Translations under genes and position numbers: made by a program | Notes under the pieces: model-generated | The model's database searches: none | What the model was told of the DNA's origin: nothing | Seen by the model: only the letters and a program-made list of their open reading frames with translations | Part shown: positions 28,430 through 38,270 of the stretch, piece after piece | Position numbering within the stretch: position 1 is the first letter of the stretch | How the letters are laid out: every line of letters starts with the position of its first letter | Assembly (NCBI GenBank): GCA_031414775.1 | Contig: JANOQI010000057.1 | Location: 37,709-101,708 of the forward strand | DNA: 64,000 nt | Source: Synechococcales cyanobacterium VAR_4_metabat_354 | GTDB lineage: Bacteria; Cyanobacteriota; Cyanobacteriia; Cyanobacteriales; Chamaesiphonaceae | Direction of reading: 5' to 3'

Positions 28430-29416
28430 TTAGTAGAATGCCTTCTTTTTTTTGCTTTTGCCCGCTTTGGCTTGCTTTTGCTTTTCTTTTTCGTATTCCA
28501 ACTCCCGCAGCTTTTTCACAATGCGGCTGAAGTATTCTTGGAAATAGGATTCTAAAGTAGTGTTCTCTTGCGGATCCAAGCCCAAAATTTGATAGGTTTC
28601 CGTCATATCAGCATTTAAAGGCTGGCCAGTAGCCAACACTTCCGCAAAAGCTAACCGGTCGGCAGAATTCCAACTCCACTCAAAAAACTGAGCAAATCGG
28701 CGCACCGCACTCAGCAATCCCAACGGCACTCTCGTAACCTTCGCTTCCTTGCCAGAAAGCCGCTCACACAAACCAATGATTTCATCCCCACTCCAAGCTT
28801 TATTGCCAACTACTGGCAAGGTTTTGTTAATTGCTGCCGGGACAGCCAAAGCTTTGACAGCAAACTTGGCCACATCTTGAGTATCCATAAAGGCAGTCGG
28901 TGCAACCTGACCAGCCATCCAGACTGCTTGACCTTCTAAAATGGGAATGGCATACTGGCCAACCAATCCTTGCAAAAAGCCACAAGGCTTCAAAATGGTG
29001 TAGTTCAGGCCAGATTCTGCTAAAAACTTTTCTGTGCAGTACTTAATGTCCATAAGCGGTACCGATCGATATTTATCGGCATCTAGCACCGACATAAAAA
29101 CAAACCTATTGACCTTGGCCGCTACTGCCGCCTGAATTAAATTGACTTTACCTTGCCAGTCTACTTGGTAAATACTGAGAGAATCATTCGCCCGCGCCGT
29201 AGCCGCATCAACCACCGCCGTAATTCCTTCCATGGCGGGCTTCAACGACTCCGGCTTGCACAAATCGCCCAGAAACAACTCAGCACCCCATTCCTTCAGG
29301 AAAGCGGCTTTTCTAAAACTCCGTACCAAACAACGTACCTCGTAGCCTTCATCTAAGGCGCGTCGTACTATTTGTCTGCCCAGAGTGCCGGTAGCACCAA
29401 CGATTAGTAAAGTCAT
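28430..29416 (-). CDS. ycf39: Ycf39 atypical SDR (PSII assembly factor)
   Basis: MTLLIVGATGTLGRQIVRRALDEGY, AAFLKEWGAEL, QYAIPILE. Confidence 0.9.
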   Translation of the reverse strand: MTLLIVGATGTLGRQIVRRALDEGYEVRCLVRSFRKAAFLKEWGAELFLGDLCKPESLKPAMEGITAVVDAATARANDSLSIYQVDWQGKVNLIQAAVAAKVNRFVFMSVLDADKYRSVPLMDIKYCTEKFLAESGLNYTILKPCGFLQGLVGQYAIPILEGQAVWMAGQVAPTAFMDTQDVAKFAVKALAVPAAINKTLPVVGNKAWSGDEIIGLCERLSGKEAKVTRVPLGLLSAVRRFAQFFEWSWNSADRLAFAEVLATGQPLNADMTETYQILGLDPQENTTLESYFQEYFSRIVKKLRELEYEKEKQKQAKAGKSKKKKAFY

Positions 29417-29535
29417 TTATATAAAATTAAATAATGTTAAGCATTCCCTCAAATATTAACAGAATTTATCAGTTTCTGATACGAAACGTTACATTAATAG
29501 CAAATGGGGGATCACGCCCCCAACATTCATCCCGC

Positions 29536-29643
29536 TTATTCTTCTTCGGGGCCTTGAATCTTGAGAATCAAGAAACCCAAGCTCAAACCTACCAAAATTA
29601 AGGTAAAAGGAATAATTGCCGCCGTAAAAATTTCACCAATCAT
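29536..29643 (-). CDS. petM: Cytochrome b6f subunit VII (35 aa, missed by the ORF track)
   Basis: Manual translation MIGEIFTAAIIPFTLILVGLSLGFLILKIQGPEEE*; AGGAG RBS; sits between pdxA and ycf39. Confidence 0.93.
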   Translation of the reverse strand: MIGEIFTAAIIPFTLILVGLSLGFLILKIQGPEEE

Positions 29644-29668
29644 TTTATTAACTCCTGATTATTAAGCT

Positions 29669-30718
29669 ATGACATTCTCTCATAAAGATCGGCCCCGGTT
29701 AGCGATCGCCCTCGGTGATCCCGCCGGAATCGGTACCGAAGTCGTACTTAAAGCCTTAACACCGGAAATTACGGCTGGAGCGACATTAACATTAGTCGGA
29801 AATAGACAATTACTGGCTAATTATCATCAGCAGTTGATGGCGATGGGAGCAACTGATTTGCCCGGTCTGGCGCAGCTGAAATTGTGGGAAGTACCGCTGG
29901 CTACTGCTACGACTAGTCAAATTCAGCTTGGTCAAGAGCATACAGCCAGTGGCGAGGCTAGTTTTCAGTTTTTGCAAACGGCGATCGCCCAAACCCTGGC
30001 AGGAAATTTTGATGGCGTGGTCACGGCGCCGATCGCCAAGTCGGCCTGGGCAGCAGCGGGTCATTACTATCCCGGTCAGACGGAGTTGCTAGCCGAAATG
30101 GCCGGTGTAGATAAATCTGGAATGATGTTTGTGGGACGGTCGCCCCATACCGGCTGGCAGTTGCGGATGTTGTTGGCGACGACGCATATTCCGTTGAGGG
30201 CAGTGTCCGACAGGTTAACACCGCAATTACTCAGTGATAAGTTGGCATTACTAATTCATTGTCTACAAGATGATTTTGGCATTGCTCAACCCCAAATTAA
30301 TGTGGCCGGTTTGAATCCACATAGCGGCGAACAAGGTCAGATCGGGCGCGAAGAAGTAGATTGGTTGCAAGATTGGTTACGCTCGGAGCAGCAACGCTAT
30401 CCGCAAGTGAAATTAGTGGGTTTATTGTCGCCAGATACCATGTGGGTAGCGCCAGGTCAGGCTTGGTTTGGCACTGGGCAACAGGCGGTAGCTGATGGCT
30501 ATTTGGCGCTATATCACGATCAGGGGCTAATTCCAGTGAAGTTGATGGCGTTCGATCGAGCGGTGAACACCACGATCGGGTTGCCGTTTGTAAGAACTTC
30601 TCCCGATCATGGAACGGCTTTTGATATTGCCGGTCAGAATAAAGCGGATGCGACGAGTATGCGAGAGGCTATTTTGCTGGCGATAGAATTGGTCAATAAA
30701 CGAAGATCAGGATCTTAA
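29669..30718 (+). CDS. pdxA: 4-hydroxythreonine-4-phosphate dehydrogenase
   Basis: [43 protein letters not shown]. Confidence 0.95.
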   Translation: MTFSHKDRPRLAIALGDPAGIGTEVVLKALTPEITAGATLTLVGNRQLLANYHQQLMAMGATDLPGLAQLKLWEVPLATATTSQIQLGQEHTASGEASFQFLQTAIAQTLAGNFDGVVTAPIAKSAWAAAGHYYPGQTELLAEMAGVDKSGMMFVGRSPHTGWQLRMLLATTHIPLRAVSDRLTPQLLSDKLALLIHCLQDDFGIAQPQINVAGLNPHSGEQGQIGREEVDWLQDWLRSEQQRYPQVKLVGLLSPDTMWVAPGQAWFGTGQQAVADGYLALYHDQGLIPVKLMAFDRAVNTTIGLPFVRTSPDHGTAFDIAGQNKADATSMREAILLAIELVNKRRSGS

Positions 30719-31614
30719 GGAACAGTAGTGTTGTAATAGCCAACACGGATAACAATCGGTCCAGTCAGATTGTAATTGCCACTATTGGCGATCGCTGACC
30801 AGACATCTACCCTTGTAACCGTTTCTGCCCAAGCCTTCCGAGTAGATCGATCGTGGGAACGAGATAGATGTGTCCGTCGTATTTGCAAAAAGGCAGTTAA
30901 CCAAGCTTTTTCATCTACACCCGTGCGGGGTGTTCCACCCATGCGCTCCTGCGTCTCCCTTAAAAGAACGGATAAAGAGTCTGGGTCATTTCCATTGCCA
31001 TGTTGAATTATCGTATCGTATAAAGCCGAGCGAGATAGAGCAAACTGCAATCCTTGGGCTGTGGCGTGAACCATTGCTGGTAAATAATACATTTGATTCA
31101 TATTCCGATCTTGAATCGATCGAAACATGGGATCTTGAGCAGCATTTTGCCAAGCGGTCATAAATCCGTCTAGCCCGCTAACATCATCTCTATTATCAGC
31201 TGTAAGTAAGCGCTCCAACTCCGCTAAATACTTAGCCAAGGAATTCTGCGGAACTTTCTCGGTATATTGTTTCACCACAATATAGGCATCTCCAGTGCCA
31301 GTGGTAAAACCAGCCCGTCCAGCAGTAATCCCCCGCCCGTCACGCAAAACTTCAGCATAGCCATATTGAAACTCTAAAGTGTTATTTTCAAACAAACTAA
31401 TTAGTTGTTCAGCTCGCAGTTTTTGCTGGGGAGAAAATCTGGTATTGTCAACAGCTTTCGTCTGATGGGTAGATGCCTGACGATTTTTAGGAATAGTAGG
31501 TGTGGAGGATAATAGTATCCATAGGATAAGTATGGTGGCGCTCAAAATTAGTAATAACGGCATCCTGTTGGTTAAATATTCAATTAAGTATTTAGATTGA
31601 TTACTTTTGTACAA
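30715..31614 (-). CDS. GH46 chitosanase with N-terminal membrane anchor/signal
   Basis: LISLFEN (catalytic Glu), [21 protein letters not shown] (catalytic Asp), YDTIIQHG; hydrophobic N-terminal segment. Confidence 0.9.
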   Translation of the reverse strand: MYKSNQSKYLIEYLTNRMPLLLILSATILILWILLSSTPTIPKNRQASTHQTKAVDNTRFSPQQKLRAEQLISLFENNTLEFQYGYAEVLRDGRGITAGRAGFTTGTGDAYIVVKQYTEKVPQNSLAKYLAELERLLTADNRDDVSGLDGFMTAWQNAAQDPMFRSIQDRNMNQMYYLPAMVHATAQGLQFALSRSALYDTIIQHGNGNDPDSLSVLLRETQERMGGTPRTGVDEKAWLTAFLQIRRTHLSRSHDRSTRKAWAETVTRVDVWSAIANSGNYNLTGPIVIRVGYYNTTVP

Positions 31615-31652
31615 TTCTCTCCTGAGTTAAAATTACGGCAATTAGCTGGCAA

Positions 31653-34600
31653 TCATAGCAAGGTGATAGATTCAAATACCTGATTCGCCTCTTCCCCGAT
31701 ATTCTTGACGCTAGCGGTACGTTCTAGTTTATTCCAGCCCATCATCCGACCTTGAATGGCGGCTAACACGGCTTTAATCGCTACAAAATACATCAGTTGG
31801 CGATAGAAAAAACGCTGGGGAAATAGCCAGATTAGCTGGCTCCAATCTTCTTTAGTCGGTTCCAAAGCAAAGGCGATGCCAGCAGCCAGATAGTCAACAG
31901 CTACAAACAACAGATAGTAGCCCAATAAATGGAATAACACCTCTGGTGAAAATTGGTCGGGATGCTGCTGTTTTTGCCAAATGCTCCACCCTAACGATAG
32001 CAACATAAATAGATCCATCAGCGGTGAAACCAAAGATAAAACAACTTGAAATATCAGGATATTTGGCAAGGTAATCATGCCCATTGCTTTATAGCGGGGG
32101 CGCAAGATGGCATGGCGGTGTTTCCAAATAGCTTGAAAAGTTCCAAACATCCAACGAAACCGCTGTTTTAATAAGCTGTTGATATTTTCTGGTGCTTCTG
32201 TATAGGAAATAGCTGACTCTTCAGAGCGAATTTTATAACCCATGCTCAAGAGAGTTAGGGTCAAGTCAGCATCTTCCGCGAGAGTATCGTGGGCAAACAA
32301 TCCAGCTGCTAGCAGGTATTCTCTCCGCCAAGCACCGATTGCCCCAGGTACTACTCCGATTCCATTCAGAACACTCATTGCCCGTCGTTCTAGATTTTGG
32401 CTGGTTATATATTCTAGGGACTGCCAGTAGGTTAGTAGATTTACCCGATTACCCACCTTCACGTTACCAGCAACAGCGGCTACTTGATGGTCGGAAAAGT
32501 GACGAATGAGCTTCCGGATCGCACTCGGTTCTAAGATGGTGTCGGCATCGATCGTGAGAATTATTTCAGCATTAGATTGTAAAATGCCATAGTTAATAGC
32601 TGTTGATTTGCCCCCATTTTCCTTACTCAGAATATGTACTCGTTGATGATTTCCAAACTCTTGTACCACTTGGTAGTGGGTCAGGTCAGTCGAACCATCA
32701 TCAACGACGATCACCTCTACGTTAGGATAGTCCGAATTAAGCAAAGAATGGATCGTACGACAAATCACCTTGTCTTCATTAAAGGCCGCCACCACTACAG
32801 TCACTAATGGTTGGTATTCATCAGACTTAGAGGTGTGTTTGCGGTGGTGATGAGGTTGATAAAGTGCTAATCCTCCAATAAAGATTAACCGCAGAACACT
32901 AAACCAAATCCCCACGATGAACAAATAATAAATTGCTGAACCCAAGTAACTAAATATCTGAAAAACGATCAAATTAGAGGAAGCCAGCAGAATATCGCGC
33001 TCTGAAACAAGGGGCATGACTGCATCCCGATCTAATCCAAGAAGATTAGATACTGTCACTAATTCAAAACCCTGATCGCGTAATCCTTGGATGATTTTTG
33101 GCAGAGCAGCAACGGTTTGAGATCTGTCGCCACCGCTATCGTGTAGCAAGACAATATTGCCCTGATGATCGATCGCCTGCTTAATGGTGGCTGCCATCAG
33201 TTTATCTGCCCCGAAATTACGCCAATCTTGGGGGTCAATCTTTAGCCCTACCGTATAATAACCAAGCTGGCCAGTTGCCTCGACTGGGACAATTTGCTCC
33301 ACTGTATCCGGTTCCATATCTTCGGCATAAGGCGGACGAAATAGCAGCACTTTTCGTCCTAAATGACTTTCTAACAAACGCTCGGTGGCATTGAGTTCAA
33401 AGTGCAATTGCTCTTTAGAAACTTTAGAAATATTGGGGTGAGTGAAGGTATGAGAACCAATTTCATGACCTTCATCGACAATCCGATGTAGTAAATCAGG
33501 ATGCTGTTTGGCATTCATTCCCACCACGAAAAAGGTGGAAGGGGCGTGATATTGATTCAAAATATCCAGTATCCGACCAGTGTACTCAGCACTGGGGCCA
33601 TCATCAAAAGTTAGGGCAATTTTTTTGCTGTTCTCACCGCCCCAGCGTTGGATTGTGTAGGGAGAAGGATAGGAATAAAACTTTTGATCGATAATCAAAC
33701 CAGATTGTTGATTGTAAACAATTTTTCTTTTGCCATCAGTCGGTGGAGCGGTCACCTTCAGAACTTCTCCAGTACCTTTATACTCAATGCCATATCCAAC
33801 ATTCACAGTTTCTAGAGATTTAGCTACCGATCGATCTAACTTACTCCGCCGATCAAAGACCTGCCAAATGGAGGGATCCTCTGCGCCCAATCGCCACATA
33901 GCAAATCCTCGCACACCATGTTTCTGAGCAGTGACAACTTGGTTAAATCCAGTCACAGCGTCCAATAAATAAACTTGATGATGTTCTTTTTGCTCATCAT
34001 CATAATCAAAGGTTTGATTGAGAGAAGTCGGATCTAGCTTAATCTCTTGGCTAAATTTACGCGCAAGCTGAGTCGCATCTTGAAAAGTAACAGTAGACAT
34101 GTTTTTACCATGCCAATCGGAACCATAGCTGCCGATCGCTATCACATATTTATCGGCGGGTAAGTCGATTAACCGATGCTCTAAATGTTGAGTGTACCAA
34201 CTCTGAGCAGCAAGCGGTCCAGCTAGTTGGTCAGTGACATGTTGGTCATAAGCTATCAAGATCAAATAGTCGTTAAATTGAGCCAGAGTACGATAATCTA
34301 TGATGGGATCATTTAAAGGTAAACTTTGGGACACTTCCAATCCCAGAGGAGAAAAGCGATCGTGCAATTCCCGCATATAGACTACCAAGTCTGGATAATT
34401 AGCTGATGCCAAATTCTGAAAGTCAATACTAATACCCGCAAAGTGATTGCTTTGAACAAATCTTAGTAAGTTTTGGATATTCCGTTGACGGGCTTCAGGA
34501 CTAGCTAGCATGGCACCGAGCTTTTCTAGTTGCCAACTTTGAGTGGAGCGATCAAAATTATTAATTAAGGGGACAATTTTTAGATCAGGACGATGCTGGC

Positions 34601-35072
34601 GGGTATAGGCCAATACTTGCTCTTGCTTGTGGCGATCATCGATCGAGATCGTGCCATCGGCTTGCTCTAGGTGTAGCCATTCTGGAATAAGTTTATCGAT
34701 CTGGGAAACATGCTGCTGGAGGGAGGAGAAACTATGATCATCCCAATTGACGAAAAATCCAATGATCTCTGATTTATTGGCAACGGCTGTGGACATTTTG
34801 GCAGCGGCAGCTATTAATTCATTGGTTTTTGAGTCTGGAAGCAAGTCATTTTGATTAAATTTGGGATGCCCATCCCGATGAGCCGAAGATAAGCTATCTC
34901 TTTTTGTCCCTAAAGACAGACTAGGGAGGTGGGGATTATGGAAAACACTAAAAATTAAAATACTTAAAAAAGTGATGATTCCAATACTAATAAATATCGT
35001 CATTCGCCGAAAAATAGCACTACGTTTTTGCTCTGGATCGTAAAAAGTAGGATGAGTTGTAAAACGAGTCAT
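31653..35072 (-). CDS. Three-domain fusion: GH18-like + CE4 polysaccharide deacetylase + processive GT2 synthase
   Basis: GISIDFQ/AYDQH/WRLGAED (GH18-like); TFDDGP, HTFTH, FRPPY, DPQDW, LLHD (CE4); DDGSTD, DAD, AED, QRFRW (GT2); several TM segments. Confidence 0.92.
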   Translation of the reverse strand: MTRFTTHPTFYDPEQKRSAIFRRMTIFISIGIITFLSILIFSVFHNPHLPSLSLGTKRDSLSSAHRDGHPKFNQNDLLPDSKTNELIAAAAKMSTAVANKSEIIGFFVNWDDHSFSSLQQHVSQIDKLIPEWLHLEQADGTISIDDRHKQEQVLAYTRQHRPDLKIVPLINNFDRSTQSWQLEKLGAMLASPEARQRNIQNLLRFVQSNHFAGISIDFQNLASANYPDLVVYMRELHDRFSPLGLEVSQSLPLNDPIIDYRTLAQFNDYLILIAYDQHVTDQLAGPLAAQSWYTQHLEHRLIDLPADKYVIAIGSYGSDWHGKNMSTVTFQDATQLARKFSQEIKLDPTSLNQTFDYDDEQKEHHQVYLLDAVTGFNQVVTAQKHGVRGFAMWRLGAEDPSIWQVFDRRSKLDRSVAKSLETVNVGYGIEYKGTGEVLKVTAPPTDGKRKIVYNQQSGLIIDQKFYSYPSPYTIQRWGGENSKKIALTFDDGPSAEYTGRILDILNQYHAPSTFFVVGMNAKQHPDLLHRIVDEGHEIGSHTFTHPNISKVSKEQLHFELNATERLLESHLGRKVLLFRPPYAEDMEPDTVEQIVPVEATGQLGYYTVGLKIDPQDWRNFGADKLMAATIKQAIDHQGNIVLLHDSGGDRSQTVAALPKIIQGLRDQGFELVTVSNLLGLDRDAVMPLVSERDILLASSNLIVFQIFSYLGSAIYYLFIVGIWFSVLRLIFIGGLALYQPHHHRKHTSKSDEYQPLVTVVVAAFNEDKVICRTIHSLLNSDYPNVEVIVVDDGSTDLTHYQVVQEFGNHQRVHILSKENGGKSTAINYGILQSNAEIILTIDADTILEPSAIRKLIRHFSDHQVAAVAGNVKVGNRVNLLTYWQSLEYITSQNLERRAMSVLNGIGVVPGAIGAWRREYLLAAGLFAHDTLAEDADLTLTLLSMGYKIRSEESAISYTEAPENINSLLKQRFRWMFGTFQAIWKHRHAILRPRYKAMGMITLPNILIFQVVLSLVSPLMDLFMLLSLGWSIWQKQQHPDQFSPEVLFHLLGYYLLFVAVDYLAAGIAFALEPTKEDWSQLIWLFPQRFFYRQLMYFVAIKAVLAAIQGRMMGWNKLERTASVKNIGEEANQVFESITLL

Positions 35073-35527
35073 AAGTTGCCGAGTATTACGGTTTTTACTA
35101 GGTCAGAATATAAAAATAGATAACTCAAAATTTCAGCATTTTGACCGAAACACATTGTTCATCTCTTGCCGGGTAGATGTTTCACACTGCAAATCAGTAA
35201 TGCTAATTATTGATGTTATTTAGAAAAAAATATTTATCGGCATTCCTATTTTGAGAAAATCAAAATAGCGAAATATATAGGTGTCTATAGCTATAGAGAT
35301 ACTGCTCACCAAAATTGAGATATATCCGTCGCATAATGCCATGTTGCACGACAATTTAAAAATCATGTTATAGGCAAAATGCTTAAAAAACTTGTCTCTA
35401 ATTAAGCCTTTTGCCGATTCCATCTAGTCAATCAGCAGACCCAAAGATATAGTCGATAAAAAGCTACTGTTCGGCGTATTGAGCACTCTATATTTACTAA
35501 TTAGCCTGGGCAAAAAACCACCTACAA

Positions 35528-37369
35528 ATGAAAAGAAATAAATTGAATTTACTTGCAACTATTGTGAGTGTCTTGATTATCAATATTTTTGGAATTCAGG
35601 GCGTACAAGCAAACAAAGTGAAATCATTAGTTACTGCTGACTTGCTATCCGACTCTTTGACTAACTTTGCGGATCAGAACAGTCTGAAGACTAAACCAAA
35701 ATCAGCGAGCGAATCACCACAGAATAAGACCAAGCCTGAGTCAATTGTTAAACTAATCAGTGCTGAAGCCTACAACGATCGAGGCAATGAACGCGCTGCC
35801 GCCGGAGATAACCAAGGCGCAATCGCCGATTTTACCGAAGCCATCAAACTTCAACCTAACTATGCCGAAGCCTACAAAAATCGTGGAGGGCTACGATGGA
35901 GCTTGGGAAATAAGCAAGGCGCACTGGCCGATTTCAACCAAGTAATTCAACTCAATCCCAAACCAGAAGCTGACGATTACAAAAGTCGCGGGAATTTACA
36001 GTGGGATTTAGGAGATAAACAAAAGGCGATCACTGACTTTGATCGAGCACTTGCTTTAAATCCCAAAGATGCCAGCATTTACAATAGTCGGGGTAATGTC
36101 CGAGCTGAATTAGGAGATAAACAGGGCGCACTTGCCGACTTCAATCAAGCGGTTCAACTCAATTCTAACGATGCCCAAGCTTATAATAATCGGGGCAATA
36201 TCCGTGCCGAACTAGATGATCGTCCAGGCGCGATCGCTGATTATACTCAAGCCTTAAAAATCAATCCGAACTATACCGAAGCTGATCGTAATCGCCGTGG
36301 TTTACTGTTTTCTACGACACCTCAAATCCAAGGAGAGCTGATTTTTGGTGGAGGTAGTGTGAGTGGAGGAAATGCGGCTCGCGATCTGAGTGCTCTGAGC
36401 AGAGAATCGCTCAGTCTCCTAGCTAGTGTAACTGTCACTCATAGTTTTACAGGGTACGATCAGCTGCTGGCCAGATTTCAAGCCTCTGCTTTTGGTGCAC
36501 CAACATCGATCGATCCAGGTGGTTATACACCCGAAGGTCGTTTATCCTGGACAGATGGCACGCTGAATAATCAGCCTGGTTTACAAGCTCTCACCTACCA
36601 ATTTCCAGTATCGCCGACCACCGAAGTCGCTCTAGCTCTTAGGGGTGGAGATGGGATCGAAACTATTGCGGGCAAAAATATTAATCCCTACTTTAGCGGT
36701 GGCGGATCGAGTGGCTCTATTTCTTATTTTGGGAGTTCACCTTCGTTTTATAATCATGCATCTGGAACGGGATTTGGTATTCAACAAAAGCTGGGTAGCC
36801 AATTTGAACTAGGAGTGGGCTATTTGAGTTCAAGTGGTTTGTTTAGTGGGGAATCAGCTGGATTAGCCCGACTGCTTTATAAGCCCAACGATCAATCCAA
36901 AATTGGTCTGACCTATGTGAATTCCGATCGGACTTCAACTTTTACCGGAAGTAGAAATGTCAACAATGTCTACGCTCAGAGCACCAATCAAGCTCTAGGT
37001 TTAGAAGGATATTATCAAGTCAGTTCTAACTTTGGATTGGGTGGTTGGATTGGACACACAACTAGTAATGTCTCTGGTGGAAATGCCACAAGTTTGAGTT
37101 GGGCAGTGAGTGCGGCTTTCCCTAATAATGGTAATATCGCTGGTTTATTAGTAGGGCAAGAGCCTCATGTTACTAATGCTTCAGGTAGTTTGAGTTCTTT
37201 TGCTGATCAAAGTAGCTCTCTGCATTTAGAAGCTTTCTATCAGTACAAAATTAACGATATTCTCTCTATTACCCCTGGTGTGATTTATGTGACGGCACTT
37301 GATAGCAATGGGCAAAATGGAGCAGCCTTAATTGGCGTGATCCGCACTAATCTCAGTTTCAGTTTTTAG
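35528..37369 (+). CDS. TPR-repeat + cyanobacterial porin (SomA/OprB-like) beta-barrel fusion
   Basis: Signal peptide; 5-6 TPRs (AY.NRG..R..LGD.QGA.ADF..A); then FSTTPQIQGELIFG...LHLEAFYQYKIND.LSITPG...IRTNLSFSF with terminal Phe. Confidence 0.85.
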   Translation: MKRNKLNLLATIVSVLIINIFGIQGVQANKVKSLVTADLLSDSLTNFADQNSLKTKPKSASESPQNKTKPESIVKLISAEAYNDRGNERAAAGDNQGAIADFTEAIKLQPNYAEAYKNRGGLRWSLGNKQGALADFNQVIQLNPKPEADDYKSRGNLQWDLGDKQKAITDFDRALALNPKDASIYNSRGNVRAELGDKQGALADFNQAVQLNSNDAQAYNNRGNIRAELDDRPGAIADYTQALKINPNYTEADRNRRGLLFSTTPQIQGELIFGGGSVSGGNAARDLSALSRESLSLLASVTVTHSFTGYDQLLARFQASAFGAPTSIDPGGYTPEGRLSWTDGTLNNQPGLQALTYQFPVSPTTEVALALRGGDGIETIAGKNINPYFSGGGSSGSISYFGSSPSFYNHASGTGFGIQQKLGSQFELGVGYLSSSGLFSGESAGLARLLYKPNDQSKIGLTYVNSDRTSTFTGSRNVNNVYAQSTNQALGLEGYYQVSSNFGLGGWIGHTTSNVSGGNATSLSWAVSAAFPNNGNIAGLLVGQEPHVTNASGSLSSFADQSSSLHLEAFYQYKINDILSITPGVIYVTALDSNGQNGAALIGVIRTNLSFSF

Positions 37370-37387
37370 ATGATGTGGCGATTAAAA

Positions 37388-37461
37388 TGGGTGAAGAGGG
37401 ACTCGAACCCCCGACCAGCTACTTAGAAGGTAGCTGCTCTATCCGGCTGAGCTATTCACCC
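37388..37461 (-). tRNA. trnR: tRNA-Arg(TCT)
   Basis: GGGTGAA acceptor stem, GCTAC-CTTCTAA-GTAGC anticodon arm, GGTTCGAGTCC T-arm; CCA not encoded. Confidence 0.95.
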
Positions 37462-37502
37462 CCGTCCTCTATCTTACCCCAGCACCAGCAAAAGTTAAAG
37501 CG

Positions 37503-38264
37503 ATGGCCACAATTGCCAGTATTTGGATCTTTCCAATTAAGTCTCTTGATGGAGTAATGGTTGAGACTGCCTCGATCGAACGGGGCGGTTCTCTAGCAGA
37601 TGACCGACGGTGGGCAATTGCTGACCTTCAGGGCAAGTTTGTGAATGGCAAAAAATACCCCCAAATTCAACAAATTCGAGCGCAGTTTGATTTAGATACG
37701 GGGACAGTGAAACTGTCTGCGCCCGGTCAGCCAACAGGCCAATTTCAGGTTGCTATCGAGAATACTGCCCTTATTGACTGGCTGAGTAGCTATTTGGGCT
37801 TTGCCACTCAGCTGATCGAAAATGTCGAAATTGGCTTCCCTGATGACACGAAATCACCGGGGCCAACAATTATTAGTACAGCTACTCTGAGTACGATCGC
37901 CAGCTGGTATCCAGATTTAGAGATAGCCGAAGTGCGCCGCCGGCTCCGCACCAATATTGAATTGGATGGATGCACAGCTTTTGAGGAAGATCGGCTCTTT
38001 GACCAAGGATCATTTCAGCTCGGTCAGGTAAAAATACTCGGCATCAACCCCTGTCAGCGCTGCGTAGTGCCCACCCGCGACTCTCTGACCGGAGTACCAG
38101 ACAGCCAATTCCAGAAAGTTTTTAGCCAACAACGATCGGCGACCCTCCCGGCTTGGACAAAATTAAGTCTGTTCAACCATTTTTACCGAGCTGCCGTCAA
38201 CACCAAAATTCCGACGACAGAAGTCGGTAAACTGCTGCAACCTGGCGATATTTTGCAAGATTAA
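37503..38264 (+). CDS. MOSC domain protein
   Basis: IFPIKSLDG, DRRWA, RRLRTNIEL, CQRCVVPTRD. Confidence 0.9.
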   Translation: MATIASIWIFPIKSLDGVMVETASIERGGSLADDRRWAIADLQGKFVNGKKYPQIQQIRAQFDLDTGTVKLSAPGQPTGQFQVAIENTALIDWLSSYLGFATQLIENVEIGFPDDTKSPGPTIISTATLSTIASWYPDLEIAEVRRRLRTNIELDGCTAFEEDRLFDQGSFQLGQVKILGINPCQRCVVPTRDSLTGVPDSQFQKVFSQQRSATLPAWTKLSLFNHFYRAAVNTKIPTTEVGKLLQPGDILQD

Positions 38265-38270
38265 TTCAGT

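Noticed and set aside
30690..30730. att repeat of the tRNA-Arg 3' end at the left edge of the glycan locus
   Set aside because: No duplicated tRNA sequence was found by eye.
35220..35423. 67-aa ORF in the divergent spacer
   Set aside because: No recognisable motifs or RBS; it lies in AT-rich promoter DNA.
35760..36300. Roughly 102-bp periodic DNA repeats as a CRISPR or repeat array
   Set aside because: They are degenerate in-frame TPR-coding repeats. No CRISPR array was seen anywhere in the window.
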